From NCBI GenBank assembly GCA_951406725.2, contig OX597823.1, positions 76,694,001 to 76,758,000 of the forward strand: a DNA stretch of 64,000 bases, given 5' to 3'. The stretch is from Octopus vulgaris (lineage: Eukaryota). Made by a program: the position numbers and the translations under genes. Positions 14,580 through 28,423 of this stretch are shown here, one piece after another (positions within the stretch are counted from its first letter, which is position 1; every line of letters starts with the position of its first letter). The notes under the pieces were generated by a model. That model saw only the letters and a list, made by a program, of their open reading frames with translations, did not search any database and was not told where the DNA came from.

Positions 14580-15098
14580 CAGTATAGTCTGTATTATCCA
14601 TGGACATCTGGTTGCTCATCATCACTGATTCATTCCATCAGGAGATACTGCATTATTGGATGAATTACAGGAGGATGTTTCTCCCCTCTTGCCTGTATGA
14701 AGGCCAATCTATCTATGTGGGTATTTCTGTATGTACTGGGCATGGGAAGGTCAACAAACCATCACTGTGTAGCAGCTGACCACCTGTAGGGCTCAGAATT
14801 TTTTGAGGAGAGTCACATCTTGAATAATGTACTACCATCCTTAATCTGCTGAATCAATGACCAGAATGAATAGCAAATAAATCCAACACTACCATATACA
14901 ACTCCATCCCCATATTACTACCTCCATTCTCATCACCTAATTCCTCCAGCCAAGCACATGCAGAAATACCTACATAGCTAGATTGGCCTTCATACTGCCA
15001 AGAAGGGATAACATGCCTCTGTGATTCCAGAATCACCTGCTGGAATGAACCAATGCTGTTAATCAACCAGATGGCCATGGATAATATGGACTATACAG
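14580..15098. mobile_element. Old MITE with about 170-bp diverged terminal inverted repeats
   Basis: ta-cagtatagtc...ccatggacatctggttg...tatgaaggccaatcta mirrors tagattggccttcata...caaccagatggccatgg...gactatacag-ta. Confidence 0.7.
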
Positions 15099-16029
15099 TA
15101 CTCATCCCAAGGATGTTAAAATCATGTGATTTGTGGATATGCACATAGCGATGTATTAGATATTTATAAATTCCATCTTAGAATTATTGTTATTCTTATA
15201 TTTATCCTACATTATATCAGTATAACCATGATGCAACCCTGAAAAACTAACTCACTAGTCAGTATTATTAGATGCTAGCCAACAATGAGATAGGAGCTTT
15301 TTATTGCATACTGTTAACATTACCATAAACGAATTTAGAAGACATATATGTCTATGGGTTTGTGAAAACAATTATAAAAAGCATTTACTTCTATACAGCT
15401 TACCTTATAACATGTGTGTCTGAAAAGCTGAAAGTAGTGAAAAGCACAGACACATAAACTTGCCCCTTCATCAAGACTGTGTTTATCTGTGTTTTTCTAA
15501 TGATGCTTTTTTTATATATAACTATTGGTTTATAAATGAAGAATTTTTTTTTAAAATATCGATACAGTATCAAGAAATTTTCCTAAAAGCATTTTAAATA
15601 TATATGAATATATATTCACGGTCTGAAAATTCATTGAAAAAAAAAAAAGAAAAAACTACTTTAAGCTGTGCAAAGCTGAACAACAGCAAAAATCAATCAG
15701 TAAAATGTGATTTTTCAGCTGCAAAATCTCTTTTGGCTACAATATGCCCTAAAATTTATTCATTGAAACTATTTTTAATACAAAACATTTTTTGTGCACA
15801 CAAAATATTTTCTCAGTGCAAGTACTTTCCAGTAATAGGTTATTCTCTCTCTTTCATAGCATATAAACTCATCTTGTGAAAGCATTCCCCAATATTTTTA
15901 CTGTTTAAATGTTACATGAAAATGTTTGTTATGTGAAAACAAAATTCTGTAGTTATCCCTTCACATAAAAATGTATACAATTGGAATATTTACTTCCTAT
16001 GTTAAAAAATAAAACTTGCTTTATTCAAG

Positions 16030-16094
<65 letters not shown>

Positions 16095-16158
16095 TTACAA
16101 ATTTAGTGCATTTTCAATCCTTTTTTAATAATTTTCATACACACACGCATGCACACAT

Positions 16159-16337
16159 ATCTACTACGGTTGTGGGAAATTCTGTCTGTGCATGTGTTCA
16201 TGGAGTTGTTAGCTAACTCCTCCTACATCGTTTTATCGATTTTGATGAAATTTGACACGTGGGTAGAACTCATGTCTGGAAACCTCGTGGCATACTCAGA
16301 TAGTTTCAAAATCAATAATAGGGCCCCTGGAAGGGAT

Positions 16338-16340
<3 letters not shown>
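16159..16340 (+). mobile_element. Possible Helitron-like 5' fragment
   Basis: Starts a|tctact; ctaactcctcctacat resembles ctaactcctcccacat of the 49035 Helitron. Confidence 0.4.
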
Positions 16341-16373
<33 letters not shown>

Positions 16374-16819
16374 CCAAGGAAAATAACCCATTCATTTTCC
16401 TAAATTATTTGGTAAAAATGAAATTAAGTATGCTTATTTCTTAGTATTTGAACAGTTAGAGCTATTTTTGCAATCTATCCAGTACAACCCTTAAGCAAGA
16501 AATAGTATTTTCCTAAACAATAGACCCAGTTATTTTGGCCCCTGAAGGTAATATTCTCTGGGAATGCACAAAAGCCCTTTTCAGAGTTATTTATTTTGAA
16601 TTGTTATTATCTCATATCTGGTTAGATTGTTATTACATATGCTTCACAATTTTAGTATACATGCCTTATTGGTATTTCCATCTAAGTTCTATATACTCTG
16701 AGAATGCATTAAAGTCCTTTTGGGGGCTCCTTTATTTGAATTCTTACTATCGGGTAACTAATTTCATGTTATTACATAACTGACTTCACAATTTGAGCAT
16801 TCATAACTTATTTGGAATC

Positions 16820-17105
16820 CCTATGGCATTTGGCTCACCATCATAAGGTCGTGAGTTCAATTACCAGTGATGTGTTGAGTCCTTGAGCAAGACACTTCAT
16901 TTCACATCGCTCCAGTCCACTCAGCTGGCAAAAATGAGTAGTACCTGTATTACAAAGAGCCAGCCTTGTCACACTCTGTGCCATGCTGAATCTCCCTGAG
17001 AACTACGTTAAGTGTATGCATATCTGTGGAGTGCACGTCAATTTCATGAGTGAGCTGTTCCATTAATTATATCAGCTGGGACCCTTGTCGTCGTAACTGA
17101 TGGGT
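16820..17105 (+). mobile_element. tRNA-derived SINE (ccttgagcaagacact core)
   Basis: B-box gtgagttcaatt followed by gtccttgagcaagacacttc...gtccactcagct. Confidence 0.6.
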
Positions 17106-17289
17106 TTCTTATATATAAACACATACATACATGTGCATATATACATATACACACATGCACACATGCACATATATACACACACGCACATACATACACACAC
17201 AGACACACACCTAACATGCTTTTATAAACTTACCATGGACTAAATTGAGTACCTTTGCCCTCAGAAGCCGAACCGTGGTATTGAACCTA

Positions 17290-17521
17290 AGGCGGCGAGC
17301 TGGCAGAAACGTTAGCATGCCGGGCGAAATGCGTAACCGTATTTCGTCTGCCGCTACGTTCTGAGTTCAAATTCCGCCGAGGTCAACTTTGCCTTTCATC
17401 CTTTCGGGGTCGATTAAATAAGTACCAGTTGCGCACTGGGGTTGATATAATCAACTTAATGCATTTGTCTGTCCTTGTTTGTCCTCTCTGTGTTTAGCCC
17501 CTTGTGGGTATTAAAGAAATA
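17290..17521 (+). mobile_element. Nin-domain-like tRNA SINE (family C) with 13-bp TSD
   Basis: Perfect TSD ggtattgaaccta at 17277-17289 and 17522-17534; B-box gagttcaaattcc; gcctttcatcctttcggggtcgat core. Confidence 0.9.
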
Positions 17522-18177
17522 GGTATTGAACCTACAGTCATGTGATTACCATGTAAATTTCCTAACTGCACAGCCCTGTTCATACTCAGTGCTCCTTTAT
17601 GTGGTGGAGAGGATTCCACACACACACACACACACATACCGCTCTCTCTCTCTCTCCCTCCCTTGTCACTCTCTCACTTTCTGTAAATATTGATCAATGT
17701 ATAAGATACATGTTATTTCATCCTTACATTGTATTTTCCCTTTCTGAATCTAATTCTCACATCCTGCCTTCTATTACATTTTCTTACATTTGACCCCTTC
17801 CTTCTTTCTTTCCCTTTAAAGACAATATTACAAGCTATGTTTTATGGCCTTGCTTACTAGCTTGTGCGGTGGTGGACCTTTGACCACACTCCAATGCCTA
17901 TAATTTATGCATATCCTTTTCCTTTGTACTTTGCTTCAGGTCATTTTTTTCCTCTCTTTTGCTGGTTTCCATATTTGTTTTCCTTGTTTTCCTTGTTTTC
18001 TTTGTTTATAGTTATGTGAATTTTTGATGGCTGAAGATCCTGGCTTCCTTAGGATTTCTATGTTATATAAACAAAATCTTAATGTTTTGGTGTATATATA
18101 TATATAGGTATATATATATGTATATATAAATAAATAAACAAATAGATAAATATATATATATATATATATATATACAT

Positions 18178-18385
18178 ATCATCATCATTATCACAATCAT
18201 CGTTTAATGTCCACTTTCCATGCTGGCAAGGGTTGGGTGGTTTGACTGAGGGCTGACAAGCCAGAAGGCTGCACCAGGCTCCAATCTGATCTGGCAAAGT
18301 TTTTACAGTTGAATACCCTTCCGAATACCACCCACTCCAAGAGTGTAATGGGGGCTTTTTATGTGCCACTGGCACAGGAGCTAGT
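18178..18385 (-). mobile_element. RTE 3' UTR repeat (family A), short
   Basis: Conserved family A blocks. Confidence 0.75.
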
Positions 18386-18400
18386 CACATACACACACAC

Positions 18401-18515
<115 letters not shown>

Positions 18516-18529
18516 TATATATATATAAA

Positions 18530-18740
18530 GTTAATCCAAACATGAAAACACAAAGAGAAAACACAACAACGTGAGGACGTGGTACAAGTATAGTGTTATT
18601 GGACACTCAGAAATGGAAAGAAAGAAGGAGGATTTAACATGTCAAGTGGAGCTCTTTGTCAGAAACATAGGAAAAGGAAAGATCCAAGGAAGAGAAGACG
18701 GAGGAAAAAAATCGCCAATGGTACACACGCAGTCACACAC
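18530..18740 (-). mobile_element. Decayed PLE pseudo-LTR relic
   Basis: Reverse complement tttctgacaaagagctccacttgacatgttaaa resembles a decayed ctgatga-agagc..gctc-gaaacgtt HHR; flanked by (CA)n and (TA)n. Confidence 0.4.
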
Positions 18741-20460
18741 ACACACACACACGTGTTATAATACTATTCCACATATACCAAAACAGCCATACCAACAATC
18801 CAACATACATCCATCATCAGCTGCCCCACAGATATCATTATGGTTTCGACACCTGGGCAGTGCCATTCAATCCATCAGTGTCAACTGCAATAAAATAAGT
18901 GTTGTTTGAGAACAAGCATACCAAAGAAATCATAACTTTCAAACATATTTACCCTATGTACAACAGTATCGGTAAATAAATTCAATAAGTAAATCAATAA
19001 CAAACTCTGAAATATGCAACTAAACCGAAACCAAACCTTTAAGTCATACATTTTATTCCCTACAGTCCTCCATATTATAATATGAAGGTGAAAGCTTAAC
19101 CACATTCATTCAATCTAAATATTGGCAGGATTAAATGCTAACTTTAAAATTAAGCTATAACAAAGAAACACATAAATCTATGTATATCTGTATTGGTATT
19201 AATAGTAAACCTACAATAACTAAATTATATACTAAATAGCAATCAATCTTTAAGTCCATACAAATAATAATCCTGCTAGTCTTCCATTGTTACTACTATA
19301 ATAAATAAAAAAAGTGAAAGCTTTATTTCAATTCTCTCCGAGACAAAACACTATTGAATTTAAATTTAACAAATAATATAATAATTATGAGTGAAATACA
19401 TTATTTCATTATTCAAAAGATAATAATAATAACACTACCTACTCATTAATATATATTGCCCTTTCAAGCTTTAATATAAACTAATGAACTAAGAGAAACA
19501 TTAAATTTATTAAATAGGAACTAATAAAAATATATATATATATATACATATATACACACACACACATAACATATATATAAATATATATATATATATATAA
19601 CTCCCAATAAATTGGTAGAGTGCCAATTCGTTTGTCCACTCACACACACATATATATACACACACACACACACATGCAAAACAATATGAGCATGGCTACA
19701 CACCCACGTATAGAACTATATATGAGCACATGCCACCCCTTTCTACCTAACCTCCAACAACAACCTGACCAATTTCTAATATACCTCATGGTCTATTTCC
19801 TTTCCTCCACATGGTCAATTTCCTGTTTGCTACGCAGTATTTTCCAACAAACTGTTACTCATGTACCAACATTAAACCATAACACTGTGTGACCTTCCTC
19901 GATCAATCACAGCCCACCCTATGGTAATAACAATCAGCTTCTGTCATTCAAATCCCAAATGGTTGAAGACTAGCATCACACTTGAAACTCAAGAGTACCA
20001 ACGAATTTGAATCAGACTGTTTTAATCAATACATGTAACTCCCAATAAATTAGTTGACTGCCCTTCTTTCATTTGTTTACTCACTCGTATGTGTATATAT
20101 ATATATATATGAATATATGATGGGCTTCTTTCAGTTTCCATCTACAAAATCCACAAGGCAGTGGTGGTGGTTGTGGTATGGTAATGGTGATGGTGATGGT
20201 GATGGTGATGGTGGTAGTGGTGGTGGCAGTTATGGTGCTGCTGCTCCTTCTACTACTTCTGCTGTTACTGCTTCTGCTGTTGAAGATGCTGCTGCTGCTG
20301 CTGCTGATGGTGATGGTAGTAGTAGTGGTGCTGCTGCTGCTTCTACTACTGCTGCTTCTTCTTCTTCTTCTGCTGTTGCTGTTACTGCTGAAAAATGATA
20401 ATGATAATAATAGTGGGTGTGGTGGTGGCAGCAGCAGTGGCAGCAGTGGTAGCAGCAGCA

Positions 20461-20660
20461 GTGTGGAGGTGCAATGGCCCAGTGGTTAGAGCAGCAGACT
20501 CACAGTTGTAAGAACATGGTTTTGATTCCCAGGCCAGGCATTGTGAGTGTTTATTGAGCAAAAACACCTAAGCGCCACGAGGCTCCAGTGGGGAGGGGGG
20601 GTGATGAACCCCGCTGTACTCTCTCACCACAACTTTCTCTCACTCTTCCTTCCTACTTCT
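20461..20660 (+). mobile_element. tRNA-derived SINE 5' part
   Basis: tggcccagtggttag A-box, ggttttgattccc B-box; same family as 36-360. Confidence 0.7.
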
Positions 20661-20944
20661 GCCACAAAGCAGAGGAACCATGGTGTAACCCACTATGGTG
20701 TGGTAAACTTTCAGACCCTAGTCTAGATTGCGGATCCTCTGTACCCCAGGATGGTTCAGCTCTCCACCTGTTAAAAGCCACCGTTTACGGAATGAGGATA
20801 ACAACATAGCTTTCATGCCTGTGCAACCGTCATTCTATCGCGTGTGATGGGTGGATCTTCAAGTTGCCACACGCATTCTTAGTAGCTTAGATTAGGATCA
20901 AATTAGAGATTATTCTTTGTGGCTAATGGCGTGAGTCCTGAGTG

Positions 20945-21211
20945 GAAGAAGAAAGAAGAAGAAAGAAGAAGAAGAAGAAGAAGAAGAAGAAGAAGAAGAA
21001 GAAGAAGGAGAAGAAGAAGAAAGAGAAGAAGAAGAAGGAGAAGAAGAATGAGAAGAAAGAGAAGAAGAAGAAGAAGAAGAAGAAAGAGAAGAAGAAGAAG
21101 AAAGAGAAGAAGAAGAAGAAAGAGAAGAAGGAGAAGAAGAACAACAAGAAGAACAACAAGGAGAACAAGAACAAGAACAAGATGAAGAAGAAGAAGAAGA
21201 AGAAGAAGAAG
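20945..21211 (+). repeat. (GAA)n purine microsatellite, about 265 bp
   Basis: Seen directly. Confidence 0.95.
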
Positions 21212-22193
21212 CAGTGGTTGCAGTGATGGGGATGATGATGACAATGACGACAACGATGACGGTGATGTTGACGATGACAACAATAACCACAACAACAATA
21301 ACATTGATGAGGTTTTGGGTAACAAGCACAAGTCAGGGATTCTGACAGCTTCGCCTAGTCAGCAAAAAAAATTCTTCAGGATGATGTTACCAGTTGCCAA
21401 TGAGAAGAGCAAAGAAAAATGAAAAATACTGCTACTACTTCAGTTAATTAGACACCAGCACAGCTTCTCTGTATTTCACACAAAATCTGTACATAGTAAA
21501 AAGAATTAACCGTTATGAAACCTGACAAGGGAAAAGACAAGCTTCTGATGTAAAACATTTTAATAAGAACACCAAAACCAAATTACACTATGATTTTTAC
21601 CGAAATAGAATATCAAATGAAACATTTCTTGCTAAAAGTTAAGACATTCTTACTGAGAACAGCATGCAAACTGTCATACAAAATGTCAGGTGAGAACTCT
21701 ACTATATCACCTGAAGATATTGCTGGAACTTTCAGAAAGATAGTTGCTATGGATGAGAAAATAATATTAATTTCAAATTTTGGCACAAGGTCAGTATTTT
21801 TTTTTTTTGGTGGGGGTCAAGTACATCAAGCCTCCAGTGTTCAACTGGTATCCATTTTATTGACCCTGGAAGGACAAAAGGCAAGGTCAATCTCGATGGA
21901 ACAGAACAAAATTGTATGCTTTCTGCTAATGCATTTGGTATGGTGTTTGTTGATTGCCACTGGTTGTTGAGAACATGACAGAGGTAAGTGGAACACTTTT
22001 AAATGCTCAAATGGGAATATCATGTAATGTATTGCAGTCAAAGAGGAGAACAGTAAATAACTTCCAGGCTTTTGCTATCAGATCTCCATGGTTTTTGGCG
22101 ATAGAAAGGACAATAAAACTCCTGCAGTTCCTATCAGAGGCCTAACAATACCAGCTACTGGAAAATATCACACTTCCTGTCGCTAATTTTATA

Positions 22194-22736
22194 TCATCAT
22201 CATCATCATCATCATCATTTAACGTCCATTTTCCATGCTAGCATGGGTTGGACGGTTCGACCAGGGTCTGGGAAGCCAGGAGGCTGCACCAGGCTGATCT
22301 GGCAGTGTTTCTACAGCTGGATGCCCTTCCTAATGCCAACCACTCCATGAGTGTAGTGGGTGCTTTTTATGTGCCACCGGCACAGGTGCCAAGGAAGGCT
22401 GGCAGTGGCCACGATCAGTTGGTGCTTTTTATGTGCCACCGGCACAGAAGCCAGTCAATGCGATGCTGGCATCGGCCACATTTGGATGGTGCTTTTTATG
22501 TGCCACCGGTGCAGGTATCAAAGCTACAATTTCCATTTGATATTTATTTTGATGTTGAGGTACTTCACTCAATAGGTCTCCTCAAGCTCAGCCGGTCACC
22601 CTATGATCCAATGTAAGCACAGCAGGTCGTTCTGCAATTCAAGGTACTTTGGGTGGGCTGGGGCTATGCGCAACTGGTGCAGGAAGCAGCCATGAACTCA
22701 CATTATTTGTCAGGTCTTTGCAGTCATACCATATCT

Positions 22737-22739
<3 letters not shown>
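22194..22739 (-). mobile_element. RTE LINE 3' end (ORF terminus plus whole 3' UTR, family A)
   Basis: Family A blocks extending to tggagatatggtatgactgcaaagacc (WRYGMTAKT), homologous to the ORF end at about 39240. Confidence 0.75.
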
Positions 22740-22776
<37 letters not shown>

Positions 22777-23284
22777 GAAGGAAGTGTTTCTAACTTTGTA
22801 ATAGCATGAAAGACTTTCTTAAGAGAATTCAAGAGTGCAAACATAAATGTGACCTCAGCAACTGCAAAAACTGAACAATGTTAATTTCCGGGAATGAAGA
22901 AGTGTTCTATACAACCAATAAAGTGAACCAATCACAGCACTGACATGATAAGTATTACTTGTCTGGACCTGGGAGGCCAGCTGATGTCATATAATCCCAG
23001 CACTAGACTAACAATTGTGCATACAACTGGTGTCAGCACTAAAGGAATACTAAAGTGTTGTGGAGGGATTCTGACCACCATCAAGTGACTAAAAGTTGAC
23101 TGACTCATTGTTTTAAAACAAAGAACTGTGAGCGATTGACAGTTCTGGTTGGCAAGCAGTTCACTGTGAGCCTCTGATATGGAGCATTGAGTCTCATGTA
23201 ATAGTAGTGTGTCATGTATATACTTTCTTCCCCACTGCTTCATAATATTACATGTCCAATACAAGGATATAAAATAAAGTCGCT

Positions 23285-23760
23285 GTCATCATGTATTATA
23301 TGTCTGCTCCACATTAATGGTATTGCAATGAAGATCTTCCAAGTTCTCCAGCTGCTTTGCCAACTCTTGTCTTATCAGTTCTTGACATTGTCTGTCCATT
23401 GTGTTCTTTGCCTGCCTCTTGATCTCCTACACTCTACTCTTCCAGTCATGATAATGTTTTCCAGACCTCTACTTCTTCAAATATGGCCATTATAAATGAG
23501 GTTTTGTTCAAGAGTTGCCATTTTTCACCTACCTGTTGTAAAATCCATTCATGAGTCTGATGGTCCTTGTAAGAGACTTGTAACATTCTCCTACACACTC
23601 ACATTTCAAATGCATTAATTATGATCTCTTCAAATTTGTTCAGGATCCATTCATCACAACCATAAATGCCTGTTGGCGAAACGAGCATTCATACTGACTT
23701 TGTTTTTAACTTGGTTGGGACACTTTTGCCACTCCAGATGTTATTAAGTTGTTCCATAGA
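23285..23760 (-). mobile_element. Decayed RTE-BovB-like LINE fragment
   Basis: IYGCDEW...INAFEM*VCRRMLQVSY and GHI*RSRGLENIIMTGRVECRRSRGRQRTQWTDNVK. Confidence 0.8.
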
Positions 23761-23961
23761 ATTTCAAGAAGCATTGACAGCTTGCATTGAAAACAAAGAA
23801 TAAGAGAGTGTGGTAGTTTAAAATCAATATAGTTACCATGTAGAAGTAAAAGATTTACATTTTGGGTTCCAACTGAAACATCAACCCTCCTTTTTTTTCT
23901 CATAATAGCACCTTTCATTTAAATTACTACACTATAGCTTTCTTAGGCTATGCATAAATAT

Positions 23962-24340
23962 TAGGAGTGGCAGTGTGGTAAGTTGCTTGCTTATGAACCA
24001 CATGGTTCCAGGTTCAGTCCCACTGCATGGCATCTTGGGCAAGCGCCTTCTACTATAGCCTCAGGCCAACCAAAGACTTCTGAGTGGATTCGGTAAACGG
24101 AAACTGAAAGAATTCCGTCGTATATATGTATATATATATAGGGTGGGTGTGTGTATATGTTTGTGCATCTGTGTTTGTCCCCACAACATCGCTTGACAAC
24201 CAATGCTGGTGTATTTACGTCCCTGTAACTTAGTAGTTTGGCAAAAGTGAATGATAGAATAAGTATTAGTCGATTTGCTCGACTAAAGGTGATGCTCCAG
24301 CATGGCCACAGTCAAATGACTGACACAAGTAAAAGAGTAA
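23962..24340 (+). mobile_element. SINE family B
   Basis: Match to 4474-4876. Confidence 0.85.
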
Positions 24341-24706
24341 ATAAACTCATGGAGACAAGAATGTATTAGTGAAAGATTTATTCTTTTAAGTACATCAGGG
24401 CAACAGCTACCAGTTACTTCTGCCACTCAAGGCCTGCTCAACCAGAAGTCTACTTCACTACTGACCAGCTCCCTAGCTAGCCCATAGTAAAGTTCCTGTC
24501 TAGAGTTCATCTGTCATAAATCCTACTCCACAACAACTTCCTTTCACACCAAAGTATCATATTTTCATATTCAGTTCATAAATTCTTCCAAAAGAGAGAA
24601 AGTAGACTACAAGTCAGGGTTGCTTCATGGTTGCAAATGTTAACAACTTCTTCATGTCTGGTATAGAAGGGTAGGCAACTTTCAAGGAAACTAGCATCTG
24701 CAGGTA

Positions 24707-24803
24707 TAACCACTATGCCATATGACCATGGGCATTTGGCATAGTGGTTAAGAGTGCAGGAGGCTACAAACTCCAAGTTTCCGAGTTCAATTCCAGTCAA
24801 TGA

Positions 24804-24847
<44 letters not shown>

Positions 24848-25027
24848 TCGAAAAATACCTTAGGAATGAGAACCCAGGTTTGAAATTTCCCCAAGTCACC
24901 TGAGGAAGGCTGGAGGGTATATCAGCTGAAACATGTTAACAACAAACAAGATGAGGACAAATATCCATCAAATGTAAATAATGTAAATAATGTACATTAT
25001 TCGTCATCTCTTAAATGTAGAACTGTA
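24707..25027 (+). mobile_element. tRNA-headed element with (AAT)n spacer and HHR-like 3' part
   Basis: A-box tggcatagtgg, B-box gagttcaattcc; ctgagga-a-ggctgg..tcagct-gaaac at 24900-24931. Confidence 0.55.
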
Positions 25028-25829
25028 AGAACAGAAATGTTTATGGTTGATATGGGTGAAAGTTCTTTTATTATCAGACAGCCTGAGCAGGGTTAACCTG
25101 AGGTAAGCATCAACATAGTCAAGAAAGCTTATAACTATTTTTTCCGATCTATATCATTATCTATCTATGCTAATTGTGGTTTATGAAATTTTCCATGAAA
25201 AAGTTTACAGATATAGTTCTTTTTTTTTCTCATGATCGTTCTTCCAGACACATTAATTGGATTATGCATAAAGAACCTTATTTTCTATGGTATGTATTGA
25301 AATATATAAACTCTGCATCATCTTCTCATACTACGAAAGCACATGACTAACCCAGTTTTAATCATGGGAAGACACAGCTATCTATACCAAAGATTGTTAA
25401 AATCAACATTTAAATGACAAATCTGAGTAATGAGGGTTGTATTTGGGAAAAAAAAAGAAGAAAAAAATATGAAGCATTTTATCTTTCAACTTTTTTAGTT
25501 GGATAGTTAACATTTTAACTATCCAACCAGACACAAGAGGATAGAGTGAGGGAAGATAAAAGAGTCAATGATCAGATCAAAAACCTATTTTGAAATGATG
25601 CAGATGGAGTATGCTCTAGTTAAAAATAAAGCAATTAGAAGGAAAAATATGGCAACTAAGGTTAGTAGAATCAGCATCATCATCATCATCATCATCATCA
25701 AGGTCATCGTCATCATCACCTTCACCATCATCATTGTCGTCGTCGTTGCTGTAGTCATCATTGTTATTATTTTGGTTTGGTTCAGGTTCACAGAGTCAAA
25801 AGGAATGACCTAGGTTCAAATCCTGCTTG

Positions 25830-25995
25830 GGGTTTTCAACCTGGGGAGTAAGGTGGTCAGATGTTAGGGGTGATGTGGTTGCAGAAATTGTCTGACAGCC
25901 ATGACTGGCTTCTCGTGCTTGTGTGGCATGGTGCAGAGTCCTGTTATCAGACACCAGACATAGGGTCTTCCAGCAGCCATTTTCTTGACTCAGGG
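25830..25995 (-). mobile_element. DD37D/maT-like transposase fragment
   Basis: AAGRPYVW...QDSAPCHTS..SQSWLSDNFCNHITPNI*PPYSP; homologous to 27560-27950. Confidence 0.7.
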
Positions 25996-27357
25996 ATTGC
26001 AATCAGGGGGTCTTTTCTCTTGGAGGCTTGCAGGTGCTGGTGACATGTAAAAAGCACCTATCTCAGTGTCAAGTAAATCCAGGTTAAAATTTAAGCATAA
26101 TTTTTGGAAGAAGCAGGAGGACACCTAGGAATCATGGGTGGACCTGGCTCCTGTAGAGTGTCACGTATAAGGACTGAAACACTTGTCAGATGGTAGTTCT
26201 TCTTCTGAAGATCTCTCTTGCTGTGCACTCACCTTGCGATGAGTTTCTGTTATATTTTTCATAGTTCAAACTACACAAAGGAGTGTGTGAAAAGTAAAAT
26301 AGGAATTTTGAAAGACGTTTCTATGAAACTAGTTTTTAAACATCAAATAACTATGGGAGGTCCACCAGAATAAAATAATAATCAAAGGGGGCCATAGATA
26401 AAAAATGGTTGAGAACCTCTGGGTTAGAATATGAGTAGAGGGAAAGGAACAGATGCCTTGCTGTAGGAGATGTACATGGTTACCCCAGCTGGAAAATAAA
26501 TAGTATGGTGCTGATGATGTGTCAGAGAATACCCTCAATTTTCAGGAAGGTGAATAAAAGAGAAGTTGTATGGATAGAGAAGAAAGTTCACAGGGGTAAG
26601 AGAGGTGAGTGGCAGGTGGATGGGGATAATCAGAGGGAAACGCAGTGAGTGATGAACACATGTAATGACCACCGGGGTCAGATTAAGACCCATAGAGACT
26701 CTATGCATTTAAAAGATTTTGGTACCCCTTGCATATAAGTAATTTAAATTATAAACAATATGATACCATAAAAAATTTTAATTTTTCAAAATGAAACAAA
26801 ATTAATTGTGACATGAAAAATAATGTTTATCTTTGTATACTTCCATTTTATTTATTTTCAAAGAGTTTTCTCCAGCATTTTTAATTGCAAAATCTCTAAT
26901 TAGTTCTTCACTATGACACCATGAACACTTTAAAATTACATTTCTGATAATATAAGCCACTTAGAATATTATTTTAGCAAGTTTAATGTGATTTCTTTTG
27001 TGCCATAAACCATTTACCATTTCTGTAATGCCTCTACTTCCTTTGATACCCAAAGCACATACTTATTTTGCTTAATAGTTAATTTAGCACTGATATTGAC
27101 ATATCAATGGGAAATAGATAATATTTTAAGGATTATTCTACAAGAAACTAATTCCTGTAAAGGTAAAATGAAACAGATCAAGCCATCAGATTTAGCATCT
27201 TTAAATTTTAATCTTTTGATAGAAATGCATTTAGAAATAGCTGAAAGAGATGTGTTACAAAGAAATATATTATTCACATATAGAAAACACTGAAATTGCT
27301 GTATGTTGTATAAGTTGCCTGGAAGAGAAAAGTGAAAATCACACTGAAATCTCTGTG

Positions 27358-27391
<34 letters not shown>

Positions 27392-27622
27392 GGGTGCAGT
27401 GAATAGATTGTTGTCTAAATTATGCAAAAATGAGAATAATACCGACATTTCATTTTAACAGATATATTTACCAAAATTACATAATGATATCTTGAATTAC
27501 TTAGGAGTTTTGTTTTTCTCTTGCTCAACTGCACCCCACACAAATTAATGAAGGGGTTTGCAACCTGGGGAGTAAGGTGGCTAGATGTTAGGGGTGATGT
27601 GGTCACAGAAATTGCCTCACAG

Positions 27623-27849
27623 GCAAGCAGGCAAAAATGTTAGCACGCCTAGCAAAATGCTTAGCGGTATTTTATCTGCCATTATGTTCTGAGTTCAAAT
27701 TCCGCTGAGGTCGACTTTGCCTTTCATCCCTTCGGGGTCAATAAATTAAGTACCAGTTACGCACTGGGGTCAATGTAATCGATTTAATCCCTTTGTCTTC
27801 CCTTGTTTGTTCCCTCTATCTTTAGCCCTTTGTGGGCAATAAAGAAATA
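27623..27849 (+). mobile_element. Nin-like SINE (family C) nested in the transposase
   Basis: 16-bp TSD agaaattgcctcacag / agaaattgtctgacag (27607-27622, 27850-27865; 2 mismatches). Confidence 0.85.
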
Positions 27850-28098
27850 AGAAATTGTCTGACAGCCATGACTGGTTTCTCATGCTTGTGTGGCATGGTG
27901 CAGAGTCCTGTTACCAGACATAGGGTCTTCCAGCAGCCACCCTCTTGACCCAGGGATGCCCTACCTCCTCCAGGCACTTGATGTAGTCCTTCATGTTGAG
28001 TCTGAGGCAGTGTGGCAAGATGAATGGAGGCATAACGTTGTCATCACTAGTGATCACTCCAAACACCATGATATTAACTGGATGCTTGATTTTTATCA

Positions 28099-28423
28099 CA
28101 TAAGGGACTAAAGCCATCTGAATATGGCTAGGGACAGGGCAGGGTGGTGGGGGTGTTACTGTTGCATTTAGCCCCAGGCGAACATCGACGTCACCAGAAA
28201 GGCTCGACACCGTCACGGTGCCCTTAACCTGCAAAGGTTAACCTTGCAGGTTAAGGGCACCGTGACGGTGTCGAGCCTTTCTGGTGACGTCGATGTTCGC
28301 CTGGGGCTAAATGCAACAGTAACACCCCCACCACCCTGCCCTGTCCCTAGCCATATTCAGATGGCTTTAGTCCCTTATGTTATCGAGCAGTTACTGTCTA
28401 TATCCCTTTTAGAGAATTATTAT
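28099..28423 (+). mobile_element. Retro-insertion with (ATT) tail whose 5' part is an inverted duplicate (fold-back palindrome)
   Basis: Perfect 16-bp TSD tgcttgatttttatca (28083-28098, 28424-28439); palindrome 28098-28380. Confidence 0.8.

Noticed and set aside
15395-15455. Minus-strand 24-nt microexon / tgtgtctg-cagacaca hairpin
   Set aside because: Isolated, opposite to the better + strand candidates, and not distinguishable from chance without RNA data
20903-21331. Poly-R/K/L/S ORFs resembling protamine-like proteins
   Set aside because: (GAA)n microsatellite, open in nearly all frames
24730-24806. Functional tRNA gene
   Set aside because: A and B boxes are present but acceptor and anticodon stems are poor and there is no oligo-T terminator; treated as a SINE-type head
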